A DNA stretch of 64,000 nucleotides from Malacoraja senta (Eukaryota). The notes under the pieces were generated by a model. The model saw only the letters and a program-made list of their open reading frames with translations. It was not told the DNA's origin and did not search any database. The stretch is taken from NCBI GenBank assembly GCA_038087875.1, contig CM075999.1, forward strand, positions 4,218,001 through 4,282,000, read 5' to 3'. The position numbers and the translations under genes are program-made. This document shows positions 35,532 to 48,046 of the stretch, one piece after another (the stretch's first letter is position 1; each line of letters starts with the position of its first letter).

Positions 35532-38500
35532 CGTTTCTTCCAAAAAGGAAGAAAGATTCTAAGGGGAGTAGGAGGCATCCGTGGCTGACAAGAGAAGTTA
35601 GGGATAGAATAAAACTAAAAGAAAAGATGTATAACACAGCAAAGAGTAGCCTGAAGCCAGAGGATTGGGAAACTTTCATAGGACAACAGAAGGAAACAAA
35701 ACGGGCAATCCGGGCTGAAAAGATGAAGTACGAGGGGAAGCTGGCCAGGAATATAAAGAAGGACAGTAAAAGCTTCTTTAGATATGTTAAGGGAAAAAGC
35801 ATAGCAAAGTCAAATGTGGGTCCCTTGAAGGCAGACACGGGTGAAATTATTATGGGCAACAAGGAAATGGCAGAAGAGTTGAATAGGTACTTCGGATCTG
35901 TCTTCACTAAGGAAGACACAAACAATCTCCCAGATGTACTGGAGGACAGAGGGTCCAAGGGGGTAGAGGAACTGAAATAAACTTTCATTAGGTGAGAAAT
36001 AGTAATGGGTAGGCTAATGGGACTGAAGGATGATAAATCCCCTGGGCCTGATGGTCTGCATCCCAGGGTCCTCAGGGAGGTGGCTTTAGAAATAGTGGAC
36101 GCATTGGTGATCATTTTCCAATGTTCAATAGATTCAGGATCAGTTCCTGTGGATTGGAGGATAGCTAATGTTATCCCACTTTTCAAGAAAGGAGCGAGAG
36201 AGAAACTGGGGAATTACAGACCAGTTAGCCTGACTTCGGTGGTGGGAAAGATGCTGGAGTCAATTATTAAAGAGGTAATAATGGGGCATTTGGATAGCAG
36301 TAAAAGGATTAGTCCAAGTCAACATGGATTTATGAAAGGGAAATCATGCTTCACTAATCTTCTGGAATTTTTTTAGGATGTGACAAGTAAAATGGATGAA
36401 GGGGTGCCAGTGGATGTAGTGTATCTAGACTTTCAGAAAGCCTTTGATAAGGTCCCGCACGGGAGACTGGTGACTAAAATTAGAGCACATGGTATTGGGG
36501 GTAGGGTGTTGACATGGATAGAAAATTGGTTGGCAGACCGGAAGCAAAGAGTAGGAGTGAACGGGTCCTTTTCAAAATGGCAGGCAGTGGCGAGTGGAGT
36601 GCCGCAAGGCTCGGTGTTGGGGCCGCAACTGTTTACCATATATATTAATGATTTGGAAGAGGGAATTAGGAGCAACACTAGCAAGTTTACGGATGATACA
36701 AAGCTGGGTGGCAGTGTGAACTGTGAAGAGGATGTTAGGAGGTTGCAGGGTGACCTGGACAGGTTGAGTGAGTGGACAGATGCGTGGCAGATGCAGTATA
36801 GTATAAATAAATGTGAGGTTATCCACTTTGGCGGCAAAAACAAGGGGGCAGATTATTATCTCAATGGGGTTAAGTTAGGTAAGGGGGGGGTACAGCGAGA
36901 CCTGAGTGTCCTTGTCACTGAAAGTTGGTGTGCAGGTACAGCAGGCAGTGAAGAAAGCTAATGGAATGTTGGCCTTCATAACAAGAGGATTTCAGTATAG
37001 GAGTAAAGAGGTTCTTCTGAAGTTGTATAGGGCTCTGGTGAGACCACATCTGGAGTATTGTGTACAGTTTTGGTCTCCTAATTTGAGGAAGGACATCCTT
37101 GTGATTGAGGCAGTGCAACGTAGGTTCACGAGATTGATCCCTGGGATGGCGGGACTGTCATATGAGGAAAGATTGAAAAGACTAGGCTTATATTCACTGG
37201 AGTTTAGAAGGATGAGGGGGTATCTTATAGAAACATATAAAATTATAAAAGGACTGGACAAGCTAGATGCAGGAAAAATGTTCCCAATGTTGGGCGAGTC
37301 CAGAACCAGGGACCACAGTCTTAGAATAAAGGGGAGGTCATTTAAGACTGAGGTGAGAAAAAACTTTTTCACCCAGAGAGTTGTGAATTTGTGGAATTCC
37401 CTGCCACAGAGGGCAGCGGAGGCCAAATCATTGGATGGATTTAATAATAATAATAATAACTTTATTTATAGAGGACTTTAAAAACAACCACAGTTGCAAC
37501 AAAGTGCTGTACATGACTAATCATGGACAAGAAATTATTACATAACAATAAAAACATTAAACGAAAGAGTAAAAACAATAAAATTAAAAACATTAAAAGC
37601 ACTAAAAACAGGAGCAAAGTCTCAAGCAGTGTCAAAAGCCAAGGAATATAAATGTGTTTCAATACTGGTTTTGAAGATGGACAGTGAGGGGGCCTGTCTG
37701 ATGTGCAACGGTAGGGTGTTCCAGAGTGCCGGAGCAGCAACAGAGAAGGCTCTATCCCCTCTGAGCTTCCGCTTAGATCTCGGTACCTCCAGGAGCAGCT
37801 GATCAGCTGACCTGAGGCACCGGGCAGGAGCGTATGGGTGGAGCAGTTCAGAGAGGTAAGGCGGGGCGAGCCCATTTAGAGATTTAAAAGCAAATAAAAG
37901 AATTTTAAAATGAACTCGAAAGTGCACCGGGAGCCAGTGGAGGGAGGCCAGAGTTGGCGTTATGTGCTCCCTCTTTCGAGTTCCAGTTAAAAGGCGAGCA
38001 GCAGCATTTTGAACCAACTGGAGACGAGCCAGTGAAGATCGTGCAACTCCAAAATAGAGTGCATTACAGTAATCCAGCCTAGATGTAATAAAGGCATGGA
38101 TTACTGTTTCAAAATGCTGCCGCTCGAGAATGGGCTTCACCTTTGCCAGCTTCCTTAGGTGAAAGAAGCTGGACTTAACCACCGCGCCTATTTGATGATC
38201 TAATTTAAAATCACTGTCCATCCTAAAACCTAGGTTCAAAACTGTTGGCTTCACGTACTGTGCCAGTGGACCCAAGTCAACAAGGGGAGGTTCACGGCAG
38301 CCATTGGGGCCAAACAATATCACCTCTGTCTTCTTTTCATTAAATCCTAGAAAGTTTAGGGCCATCCAGGACTTAATGTCCTCAAGACATGACAGAAGTG
38401 ATTTGACAGAAAAGGCGTCTTCCTTCCTCAGCGGTATATATAGTTGGCTATCATCAGCATAACAATGAAAAGAGATGCCATGCTTTCTAAGAATGGAACC

Positions 38501-38884
38501 CAGAGGAAGTAAGTATAGTGAGAAAAGCAGGGGCCCTAAAATTGAGCCCTGTGGAACCCCATATTACAGAGGAGCGGAGGAGGATTCAAAACCAGCAAGG
38601 CTTACACACATGGTTCTGTCTGCCAGATAGGACCTGAACCATCCCAGGGCACTGCCACAGATGCCCACTAGGTGCTGTAACCGAGATATTAAGATACCAT
38701 GGTCCACTGTATCAAAGGTGGCATAAGAGAGAGTTAGATAGAGCTCTAGGTGCTAGTGGAGTCAAGGGATATGAGGAGAAGGCAGGCACGGGTTATTGAT
38801 AGAGGACGATCAGCCATGATCACAATGAATGGCGGTGCTGGCTCGAAGAGCCGAATGGCCTCCTCCTGCACCTATTTTCTATGT
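35532..38884 (+). mobile_element. CR1 LINE, 5'-truncated, split by L2 (pieces 35532-37441 and 38724-38884)
   Basis: ORFs 35513..37481 with CR1 RT motifs; 3' end resumes taagagagagttagatag after the L2. Confidence 0.92.
37442..38723 (-). mobile_element. L2-clade LINE, 5'-truncated
   Basis: ORF 37622..38365 ([21 protein letters not shown]); upstream [19 protein letters not shown]; (TTA)n tail. Confidence 0.93.
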
Positions 38885-39400
38885 TAGTACCTCCACCAAT
38901 GTAAAGCACTTTAGCCAACAAGAGTTGTTTTTTAAATATGCTATAGAAATAAAAGTGACTCAGTGAAGTGACTACTCTTTGCTTCCTGTCTGCCCACCAG
39001 TTCTCTATCCATGTCAATACCCTACCCCCAATACCATGTGCTCTAATTGTGCACACTAATATCTTGTGTGGGACCTTGTCAAATGCTTTTTGAAAGCCTA
39101 GATATACCACATCCACTGGCTCTCCCTTATCCATTCTACTTGTTACATCCTCAAAAAATTCCAGAAGATTAGTCAAGCATGATTTCCCCTTCACAAATCC
39201 ATGCTGACTTTGACCGATCCTGCCACTGCTTTCCAAATGCATTGCTATAACATCTTTAACTGTCAGCGTACTGGTCTATAATTCCCCGTTTTCTCTCTCC
39301 CTCTTTTCTTAAAAAGTGGGGTTACATTGGCTACCCTCCAGTCCACAGGAACTGATCCAGAGTCGAGAGAACATTGGAAAATGATCTCCAATGCATCCAC

Positions 39401-40420
39401 GTTTAAGAAGGAACTGCAGATGCTGGAAAATCGAAGGTAGACAAAAATGCTGGAGAAACTCAGCGGGTGAGGCAGCATCTATGGAGCGAAGGAAATAGGC
39501 AATGTTTCGGTCGAGACCATTCTTCAGACTGATGTGAGGGTGGGGGGGGGGGAGGCGGGAAGAAGAAAGGAAGAGGCGAAGACAGTGGGCTGAGAGAGAG
39601 CTGAGAAGGGGCGGGGAAAGTAGGGACTACCTGAAATTAGAGGTCAATGTTCATACCGCTGGGTATGAAGCAAAATATGAGGTGCTGCTCCTCCAATTTA
39701 CAGGAGGCCCCGGACAGAAAGGTCGGATTCGGAATGGGAGGGGGAGTTGAAGTGCTGAGCAACCGGGAGATCAGGTAGGTTAATGCGAACCGAGCGGAGG
39801 TGTTGGGCGAAGTGATCGCTAAGCCTATGCTTGGCCTCACCAATGTAGAGCAGCTGACATCTAGATGAGGTTGGAGGAGGTGCAGGTGATCCTCTGCCGC
39901 ACCTGGAAAGACTGCTTGGGTCCTTGAGTGGAGTCAAGGGGGGAGGTAACGCGACAAGTGTAGCATTTCCTGCTGTTGCAAGGGAAAGTGCCAGGAGAGG
40001 GGGTGGTTTGGCTGGGAAGGGACAAATTGACCAGGGAGTTATGGAGGGAGCAGTCTCTGCAGATAGGGGAGGAGATGGGAAGATGTGGCCAGTGGTGGGT
40101 TCCCGTTGGAGGTGGCGAAAATGTCAGAGGATTATTTGTTGTATGTGACGGCTGGTGGGGTGGAAGGTGAGGACAAGGGGGACTCTGCCCTTGTTACGAG
40201 TGGGGGGATGGGGAATGAGAGCAGAGTTACGAGGTATAGAAGAGACCCTGGTGAGAGCCTCATCTATAGTAGAAGAGGGGAACCCCCATTCCCTGAAAAA
40301 TGAGGACATCTCCGATGCCCTGTTGTGGAACACCTCATCCTGGGTGCAGATGCGGCGTAGACGGAGGAATTGGGAGTAGGGGATCAGCTGTCACATACGA
40401 CAAATAATCCTCCGACACTC
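39401..40420 (-). mobile_element. Penelope-like element 3' part (RT thumb/GIY-YIG endonuclease + pLTR)
   Basis: VPLVLTFHP, CQLLYIGEAKHRLSDHFAQH, VAQHFN, KLEEQHLIF; short inverted segment 40386-40420. Confidence 0.88.
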
Positions 40421-40664
40421 TGGGATGCAGACTATTAGGCCCTGGGGATTTATCTGCCTATGGTTCCAACAGTTTACCTAACACCATTTCCTGACTAATG
40501 TGGATTCCCTTCAGTTCCTCCCTCCCACGAGATCCTCGGTCCCCTAGTATTTCTGGGAGATTGTTTTCTGGGACCATTGCCCATCACTGATTGCACCAAA
40601 ATGGAGGAAGCAGCTAAACATCCACCATGTTGGTGGACTGGAGACACATGTTGGGCCAGACTGG

Positions 40665-40800
40665 ACAGGCTGAAGAAGGGTCTTGACCCGAAACGTCACC
40701 CATTCCTTCTCTCGAGAAATGCTGCCTGTCCCTCTGAGTTATTCCAGCTTTTTGTGTCTATTCGGTTGAAACCAGCATCTGCAGTTCCTTCCTACACACT
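40665..40800 (+). mobile_element. Short Penelope terminal-repeat element with hammerhead core
   Basis: CTGAAGA-A-GGGTC tt GACCC-GAAA-CGTC-ACC at 40670-40700. Confidence 0.75.
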
Positions 40801-40826
40801 TGGTAAGTTTAGGTACATGTGTAATT

Positions 40827-41368
40827 TTTTTATTTAAATTTTTTTAAATTTTATTAGAAGGAAGTATAGAAATATGGCCCCAAGGTGCCTAATATATATT
40901 GAGATTACATTTTATGTACAGCTTCTTCTTTTTTTTTTTATAATAATGAAAAAGAAAAGAGAGGGAATTGATAATAAAAGATAGAAAAACGTGTGATATA
41001 TAGTGTGTGAAAAGGAGAAAAGGGTGAAAAGAAAAATGAAGAAAAGAAGAGAGAGAGAAAGAGTAGAAAGTAAGGGATTAAGGAGATCATTATCTATATT
41101 CTTGACCATCCCTCACCCAATCCTGAAACAGTTAGCTACTACGATTTTGTTGCACCATATGCTTCCAAAAAATCAACAAATGGAGACCAACTCATTAAGA
41201 GTTGGACACCTCAAGATGTGCGGTGTCCAACATATTTGAAATCCACATTTTAAGCATTGGTTTGGGTGTATTTTTCCAAAATTTAAGTATATGTTTTTTT
41301 GCTGTAATTAACCCATAATTTAAAAATAAATTTTGAGATGAGCTCAATTTATTCCCATCTTCCATTAC
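40827..41368 (-). mobile_element. L1/Tx1-like LINE 3' fragment with 16-bp TSD
   Basis: TSD AGGTACATGTGTAATT at 40811-40826 and 41369-41384; poly-T tail on plus; AKKHILKFWK..WI remnant. Confidence 0.75.
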
Positions 41369-41577
41369 AGGTACATGTGTAATTGAATAGGTTTTGACTT
41401 GTACACCTTTGGGCCAAAAGGCTTGTTTGGAAACAGGCCCTTCAGCCCACCTTGCCTATGCCAACCAAGTGGCATTGTACGGTAGTCTGCATTTTATGAG
41501 TGAACAAATATCTCCTCAGCATCTTCACATTCCATTCCAGTCACCTCTGATCCACCTCGATCCAGCAAACATCTCTT

Positions 41578-42082
41578 AGAGATTAGAGAGATTAGAGATT
41601 CCTTTATTTGTCATTCAGACCTTTCGGTCTGAACGAAATTTCGTTGCCTGCAGTCATACATATAATAATAAATGACAAAACACACAATAAACACAAATTA
41701 ACATCCACCACAGTGAGTTCACCAGGCACCTCCTCACTGTGATGGAGGCAAAAGTCTTAAAGTCTCTGTCTCTTCCCGCTTTGTTCTCCCTCTGCGCTGA
41801 GGCGATCCAGGCTTCTGATGCTGTGGCCCCGCCGGGCGACGGTAAGCCAGTCCCGCGGCCGAATCCGTGCTCCGCGACGGGCCGGCTCAAACTCCGCGGC
41901 CCGGGGTGGTCGAAGCTGCCGAAGCTGCCGCCCTCCAGTCCAGCGGACGCAGCTGTAGTTGCGGGAGCCCCAGAAAAACAGGTCACCAACCTGTGACCTG
42001 CGCGCTCCCGACGATGTCGTCCACTGGGCCAGCCGTGGCCGAGCCTCCGGATTCAGGTCGCCACCAGTGTCCTCGGTCGCCA
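41578..42082 (-). mobile_element. Young non-autonomous retroelement with (AATCTCT)n tail, present only in first copy of duplicated block
   Basis: Absent at the equivalent site near 56343; 3' stem-loop TTCAGACC-tttc-GGTCTGAA and AATAAA before the tail. Confidence 0.75.
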
Positions 42083-44499
42083 CTTGGTGTACACAACCTG
42101 AGTGATGTGATCTTGGTGTACACAACCTGAGTGATGTGATCTTGCTGGAACTTTACTTATTTTGTGTGGCAGGGATACCAAAGGGTTAAAATGAAGAGCT
42201 GAATGATAACTGGAGATGTGGTACCCCATTAAAAAGCGACTTCATTCAGAAAAAGCCACTGTGGTCTTGAGATGTGGGTGTTCCGCTGGTTCACGGAGTT
42301 TACACTGGAGATCCCCAATACTTTGCGAGTGTTGATCTTTATTACGTGTTTATGAGTTTGTCTGTCCATTACCACCTCCTACATCCTTCTCCTCCGCCCA
42401 CACTGCAGTGATCACATAGCATCGGTATAAGGAGCAAAGTTTCCAGAGCCTCTAGACCATGCACTCATCGCTGGTCAATGTAACAAAGGGTCCAGCCCAC
42501 AAGGAGGCAGCAGTCAGTGAACATTCTTGCAGTAAATGTTCCACTCCCGCCACCCCCTCCCCAGCTGAGTAACAGGAGACGAACACAAACGCAACAATGA
42601 TTTAGAAAATTAAAATCCAAAGTACTTAGCTGGTAGTAAAATTGCCCTCACAAGTAAACATTGTATTCTTGCTGCGAAAGTACACTTAGAAAATGAACCA
42701 GATTCAATAAAACATTTCTCTCAACATAAACGATGCCTCTGATAAATGACAATAATTCCAGGTGTTCTAAATGCTTTCACTTGCCCCTGCATTGAACCTG
42801 ACCTTGACATAGTCTTGAAGTTGGGGATTGAGAGGGCAGGCTGGCACGGTGCGGAACTACCTACAACTCTTTCCCCACTGGAATGGCCATTTATTTCCCC
42901 ATGTTAAAGTAATGAAGGTACTTCAGTCAAATCTGAGGTTAAACCCCAGTGTAGACTGAGACAGCAACAGCTTCAAGGGCAGAGGTGGTGAAGAGCTTCC
43001 AAGATGTGCTTAGGATCATTTTGTAGAACAGTTTCTGGTCCAACAAGAAAGGAGATAGTGGTTATAACATCACAACACTTCAGTTTGACAAAGAAAGGAG
43101 GAATGATGCAAAGCAAAAATAATTAACTAGAGATGACAATTTCACTGAGATGGACTTGGATCTAAAACCCAAAATTAACTGCAAAACTGCAGCTGGGACA
43201 GACTTTGTTCAGTAGGAGAGCCTTTTGGCAATAATGATCACAACTCTGTATGTTTTATGATAGTTATGAGTAATGATAAATCTTGACTTTGGGGAAAAGT
43301 TGGCAAATTACAACATTATTCGGCAGGAGATAGGGAGACTAAATTGGGAACAGCTGTTATTGGGTAAGTCCACATGTGGGAATGATTTAAAGGCCGGTCG
43401 ATCAAAGTTCAGGTCCGGCAAGGCCCAGTAGGGAGGAGGGAGAGGAATGGCAACGTGAGAGAACCTTGAATGACTAAAGAGGTTGTCAAAGATAAATAGA
43501 AAGTGCTGGAGTAACTCAGCGTGTCAGTCAGCATCTCGGGAGAAAAAGAAACATCCTTTTTCTCCAGAAAAGCTGCCTGACCTGCTGAGTTACTCCAGCA
43601 CTTTCTGTCATGTTTGGTATAAATCAGCATTTGCGGTTTCTACAAGAAGGATGTGAATTTGGTTATAGGTAAAGGAAGCACATGCAAGGTTTAGGAAGAT
43701 CAAATCAGTCAGGGCTTTTGAGGAATATAAAGCAAATAAGAAATAACTTGACTGGGGAATTGGGAGAGCCAGAAGAGGCAAGTTGGATTAAAGAGATTCA
43801 AGCCCTTCAATAACCAGACTTGAACAACATTTAAGGCATTAGTACGGGTGTCAGGTTTATGGGGAGAAGGCAGGAGAATGGGATTAAGAAAGAAAGATAG
43901 AGCAGTCATATTGAATGGTGGAGTAGACTTGATGAGCTGAATGGCATGATTCTGCCCCTAGAACCTATGAACAAGTTGATAACTTCCAGGAAATGATCAT
44001 CTCCTAAAGGCAGAGCCTACCTCCGTGATAGTCAATGACCTACCTCTTACCCAGAGATCACCATCAACGTCCTGGAACCGCCGTTGACCAGAAACTCACC
44101 GTAACCCTGCGGCTATAAAGGCAGTCAGTACCTGCAACAGGTGGCTCTGCTTCTGACAGTCCAAAGCCCAGAGGTGCAAAGACAAACATGGAAGGGAACA
44201 GCCCAGATATTGAGAGCAATATTGGATCTCTGATCAGTTGTTTGTTTATGTTGATTCACTATGTCACTGATGCCTCTAGTTTTCCTTCATTGTGTTTTTC
44301 AGGAATACTTATGTAGATGTCATCCTCTCAGACAATGTAGGTAAGTCATGCTGTCAGATAAGTACATGTAGAAACCTGGAAAATGGTCCGAAGTTCACAA
44401 TTGTAGCAATTTGTCCTAACTTACTCAGGAGTTAAATTAATTGGAGCACAGGATTGACTCAAATGTCTGGGATTTTTGTAGTGTGGTTCTGTAACTCAA

Positions 44500-44970
44500 T
44501 CGCTCAGGAGTGAAGGAGACTACAGAGAGTGGTGGACACTGCCCGGTCCATCACAGGTACTGACCTCCCCACCATCGAAGGGATCTACAGGAGGCGCTGC
44601 CTTAGAAAGGCAGCCAATATCATCAGAGACCCACACCACCCTGGCCACACTCTCATCTCGCTGCCACCATGGGGAAGAAGGTACAGGAGCCTGAAAACCG
44701 TGACCTCCAGGTTCAAGAACAGGTTCTTCCCAACAACTATCAGGCTCTTGAACACTGCACAACACTGACCAATGAGCTATGGACTGTCCGGTTGCACTCA
44801 GGACTTTGGGCTTTATGTTTGCACTAGTATTGTGGTTATTAGTTTATTTAATTTTTGTTTATGACATATATTTATGTGTATTGTGTTGGCCTGTACTGCT
44901 GCTGCTGCAAGTAAGCATTCCATTGTTCCGTTGGTACATATGACAATTAAACACTCTTGTCTTTTGACTC
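44500..44970 (+). mobile_element. Rex1/Babar LINE 3' fragment (second copy near 58730-59200)
   Basis: IIRDPHHPGHTLISLPPWGRRYRS..RFKNRFFPTTIRLLN. Confidence 0.85.
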
Positions 44971-47760
44971 AAATTTAATTCCTCAGTGCAGACACATTAA
45001 AGTGAGACAGGTTGGAAACTCATTTGCTAATTTATTAACAGTAGAGAAATATATATATTATGTCATTGCACTAATAATATTTTCCTAAAAATATTTGAAA
45101 ATCAGTTTATACCCTTAAGTGATTGTTTAAGGCCACGGGCCACTTTAATTGGCAGCTAGGCTGGATCTAAAATGCAATATCAAATATACAATGTGCAGAA
45201 AATCTTTATTCCTTTGCATTCATACTGCAGCAATGATTCATTAAATTGGCAGTAGAGATGGAGGAATGAGGGAGCTGGGTGACAAGGAATAAAGCAGAGA
45301 AGGTGGTTGGAAAGTTGCGGTGGTGGAAACACAATGAGTATGTCCCAATGTTGCCTCATTCCATAAACATTCAGATGGACACAGTCAGAAGTCCTGAACA
45401 CCCTGCTGCTGGTGGAACACAGGGCAACAAAGGCCACTCTCTCTGGTTTGCCCCCATGAACAGTATTACCACCTGACCTCCCTTTGGAGGCCAAGGGTGC
45501 AGTTAGGCAATGCTTGGGAGGGAACATGAGTCCTGGTCTCTTTGGCATGAAATATACCAGCTCACTCATCCCTTTTGGGAAGGTTAATCCAAACTGCAGC
45601 CATCGGGATAGTGCAGAGGTTGGAACAAAGCATCGTGGTTCTCAATAGTACATCAGAACATAGTCCCACGGAACCTGCCCTCTGATACTGGTCGCTGCAG
45701 GAAGCAAGGACCACATCCATACAGAGCTTCTAACCCTGGACAGTGTCCTTCCATCATGGACCCAGCATGGGTTCAGGAAGGTGGGAATTATTCACAACCC
45801 ATGCTCCTCGTCCCTTGCTGCAGTAGAATTGTGTCAGGAATCAGGTTCACACGTCACTGCTCTTGAAAAACAGAGTTCTTGCAACATGAGGATTTGGGGA
45901 GTTGTGAAACGTTCATGCACCTGTTGCCCCCACAACACCTCCATCCCACACCCCTGCACTCCCTCTCTCTCTCCCACCCACACCCCGCATGCACTCCCCT
46001 CCCTCTGGCCCAATCATGTTGACCCTTTGGCCTGTAAACAGTTAGGAAATACTGGCCTGTGGTCATTTGGCATCTGCTGTTTAACCCACCATACATACGA
46101 AAGGCCTTTAGATTGAAGAAAATATATGTTTTATTTCAATATTAATTTATGTAAGCCAAATATTGCCTCAAATCATTTGCACTCACACTTCTAAAAGTGC
46201 ACTTTGTAAAGAATTTTCAAAGCGTGTTGGTGCCACTGTTGTGTTTGAGGGCCCTGTAAGGGCCAATTGTCAAAGTTCGTTTCTTTGACTTTTCTCAGCA
46301 CTTGAAATTGAATTTAATGTGCCAAAAGCAAAATAATTAGCATTTTCTATGTGAAAATAGCCAGCTTAGCAATTTACAAAAATGCATCCCCATTATTTAC
46401 TGACAGTTGAGCCCTGATAGGTTTATAGTTCCCAGAGATGAAGCCACCATTTACTGAGTTATAAGGCTAAAACAGATATTGTAACAAGTCCTATTCTACG
46501 GAAATGAATGATGTATGAGATGAAATTTGGCAGTGAGCAAATGTTAATTGTTAAGTATTAAAATCGACACAATTGTTAATTTTTCAGGATTCCAATGAAC
46601 ATTTTGATTTGCAATAAACAGTGAAAGCTATATACAAACAGATCTTGCAGTTAGACAATGAACAGGCTGAACTTAGAGGAGTCGCATATTAATTTGCCAG
46701 AGTGAATACCAATTAATTAGGGATTTAAGAACGCTATTGAGCAAAGTCTCGAGGAGTCCAGTCCGCCAGGTGAGATACCCACACTCACTGAAGTCATGTT
46801 CAGACTAAGGCACCTCCTCTAACATTTAACATAAAGATACTCGGTGTAATTCACAACCAGACGAGTCGCGTAGGCAGGGTAACAGAATTATTTGCATTCT
46901 TTATTCTCTGTGCCGTCACCAGATCTTTAGCTGGTAATTTCCATGCAATCCACTCACCAGTCTTCAGCATAACTGAAAAGTTCAGTCAAAGCAGATTCTG
47001 GCTACGTTCTGAGGTACCAATTTCACATTTGCCAGAAAATGGTAGAACACTGTGTTTCTCCTGGGAAGAGGTAGAAAGAGAGAAGTTTGAAGGTTCTGGT
47101 GTAACAAAGGTGAACGGGAATCATCTACTCTGAAAGAAGAGTAAACACTTTCTGTTCTGATCTCCTGCTAAAGAGGCAACCACAGAATGTCGAGCAACAA
47201 AGCATGTCTGTGTTCTCTTTGTAAGTGATGATGATCAGGAAAAGCTCGTCCACCATTTTGGAAAATACCTTGATCAAACAATGCAGATGTAACATCAGGA
47301 ATGCCGTCTAATCTTCACTTCCTGATTCCAATCAAGGCAAATGCAATTGCTACTCTAACTGTGCAAAGTGTCTATATTTCAGGAAGACAAGGTCATTGCT
47401 AAAAGCAAGAATCTTAAAATCAGGATTAAATGCTTGGTCCAATTTATCAGAGTTTGGTCAGAAAGCAACAGACAGTGGCACAGTCCCTCTGCAATTCTCT
47501 GCTGAGATTGGTGAGATAAAGCTGGCAGGGCAACTGTTCCATTCAGGGACGATGCAAGAACCATACGGAGATAAAGCAGTGGAATGGATATCTCCTTCAG
47601 TGAGGGTTCCTGTTAACCTGCGTGTGACAGCTTTCAGGTAGTGTCTACTCACCTGTATTTGGTCAAATAAGAATTAGTTAATTTACAACTCAAATAATGT
47701 AGCTTAATAGCAGCAAAACAGAGCCCCTCACACAGCCAGTACCAAGGGCCAGTTTAACAT

Positions 47761-47982
47761 GTTTAAGAAGGAACTGCAGATGCTGGAAAATCGAAGGTAG
47801 ACAAGAGTGCTGGAGAAACTCAGCGGGTGCTGCAGCATCTATGGAACGAAGGAGGGTTTCGGCCCGAAGAAGAAGGGTTTCGGCCTGGTCTGAAGAAGGG
47901 TTTCGGCCTGAAACGTTGCCTATTTCCTTCGCTTGATAGATGCTGCTGCACCTGCTGAGTTTCTCCAGCAATTTTGTCTACC
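47761..47982. mobile_element. Fold-back Penelope pLTR element with hammerhead core and 13-bp TSD (second copy near 61990-62212)
   Basis: TSD GCCAGTTTAACAT 47748-47760 / 47983-47995; inverted arms; core at 47887-47920. Confidence 0.82.
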
Positions 47983-48046
47983 GCCAGTTTAACATTGTGA
48001 GCCCTGTCCCACTGTTTATAGCCAGGCATTGATCTCATGCAAGGAC

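Larger units (their letters stand above)
34980..38971 (+). mobile_element. L2-clade LINE 3' end, split by CR1 (pieces 34980-35531 and 38885-38971)
   Basis: IHTFISSRLDYCN, LHWLPVRFRINFKIL, GDRAF; L2 tail TGTAAAGCACTTT...GCTATAGAAATAAA resumes after the CR1. Confidence 0.85.
32445..40565 (-). mobile_element. CR1 LINE fragmented by nested insertions (pieces 32445-33227, 34360-34420, 34789-34979, 38972-39400, 40421-40565)
   Basis: Pieces rejoin collinearly, e.g. tcacatt|tatccac, ccaagtc|..cctgcagc, ttaattcct|actctttgc. Confidence 0.85.

Noticed and set aside
41654..42130. Overlapping GC-rich ORFs as a gene
   Set aside because: Lie inside a copy-specific insertion; open frames are expected from GC content; no motifs recognised
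47458..47652. Minus-strand ORF after an acceptor-like site as an NHSL3 coding exon
   Set aside because: No recognisable homology; a stronger, nearer phase-compatible terminal exon exists at 49353-49396
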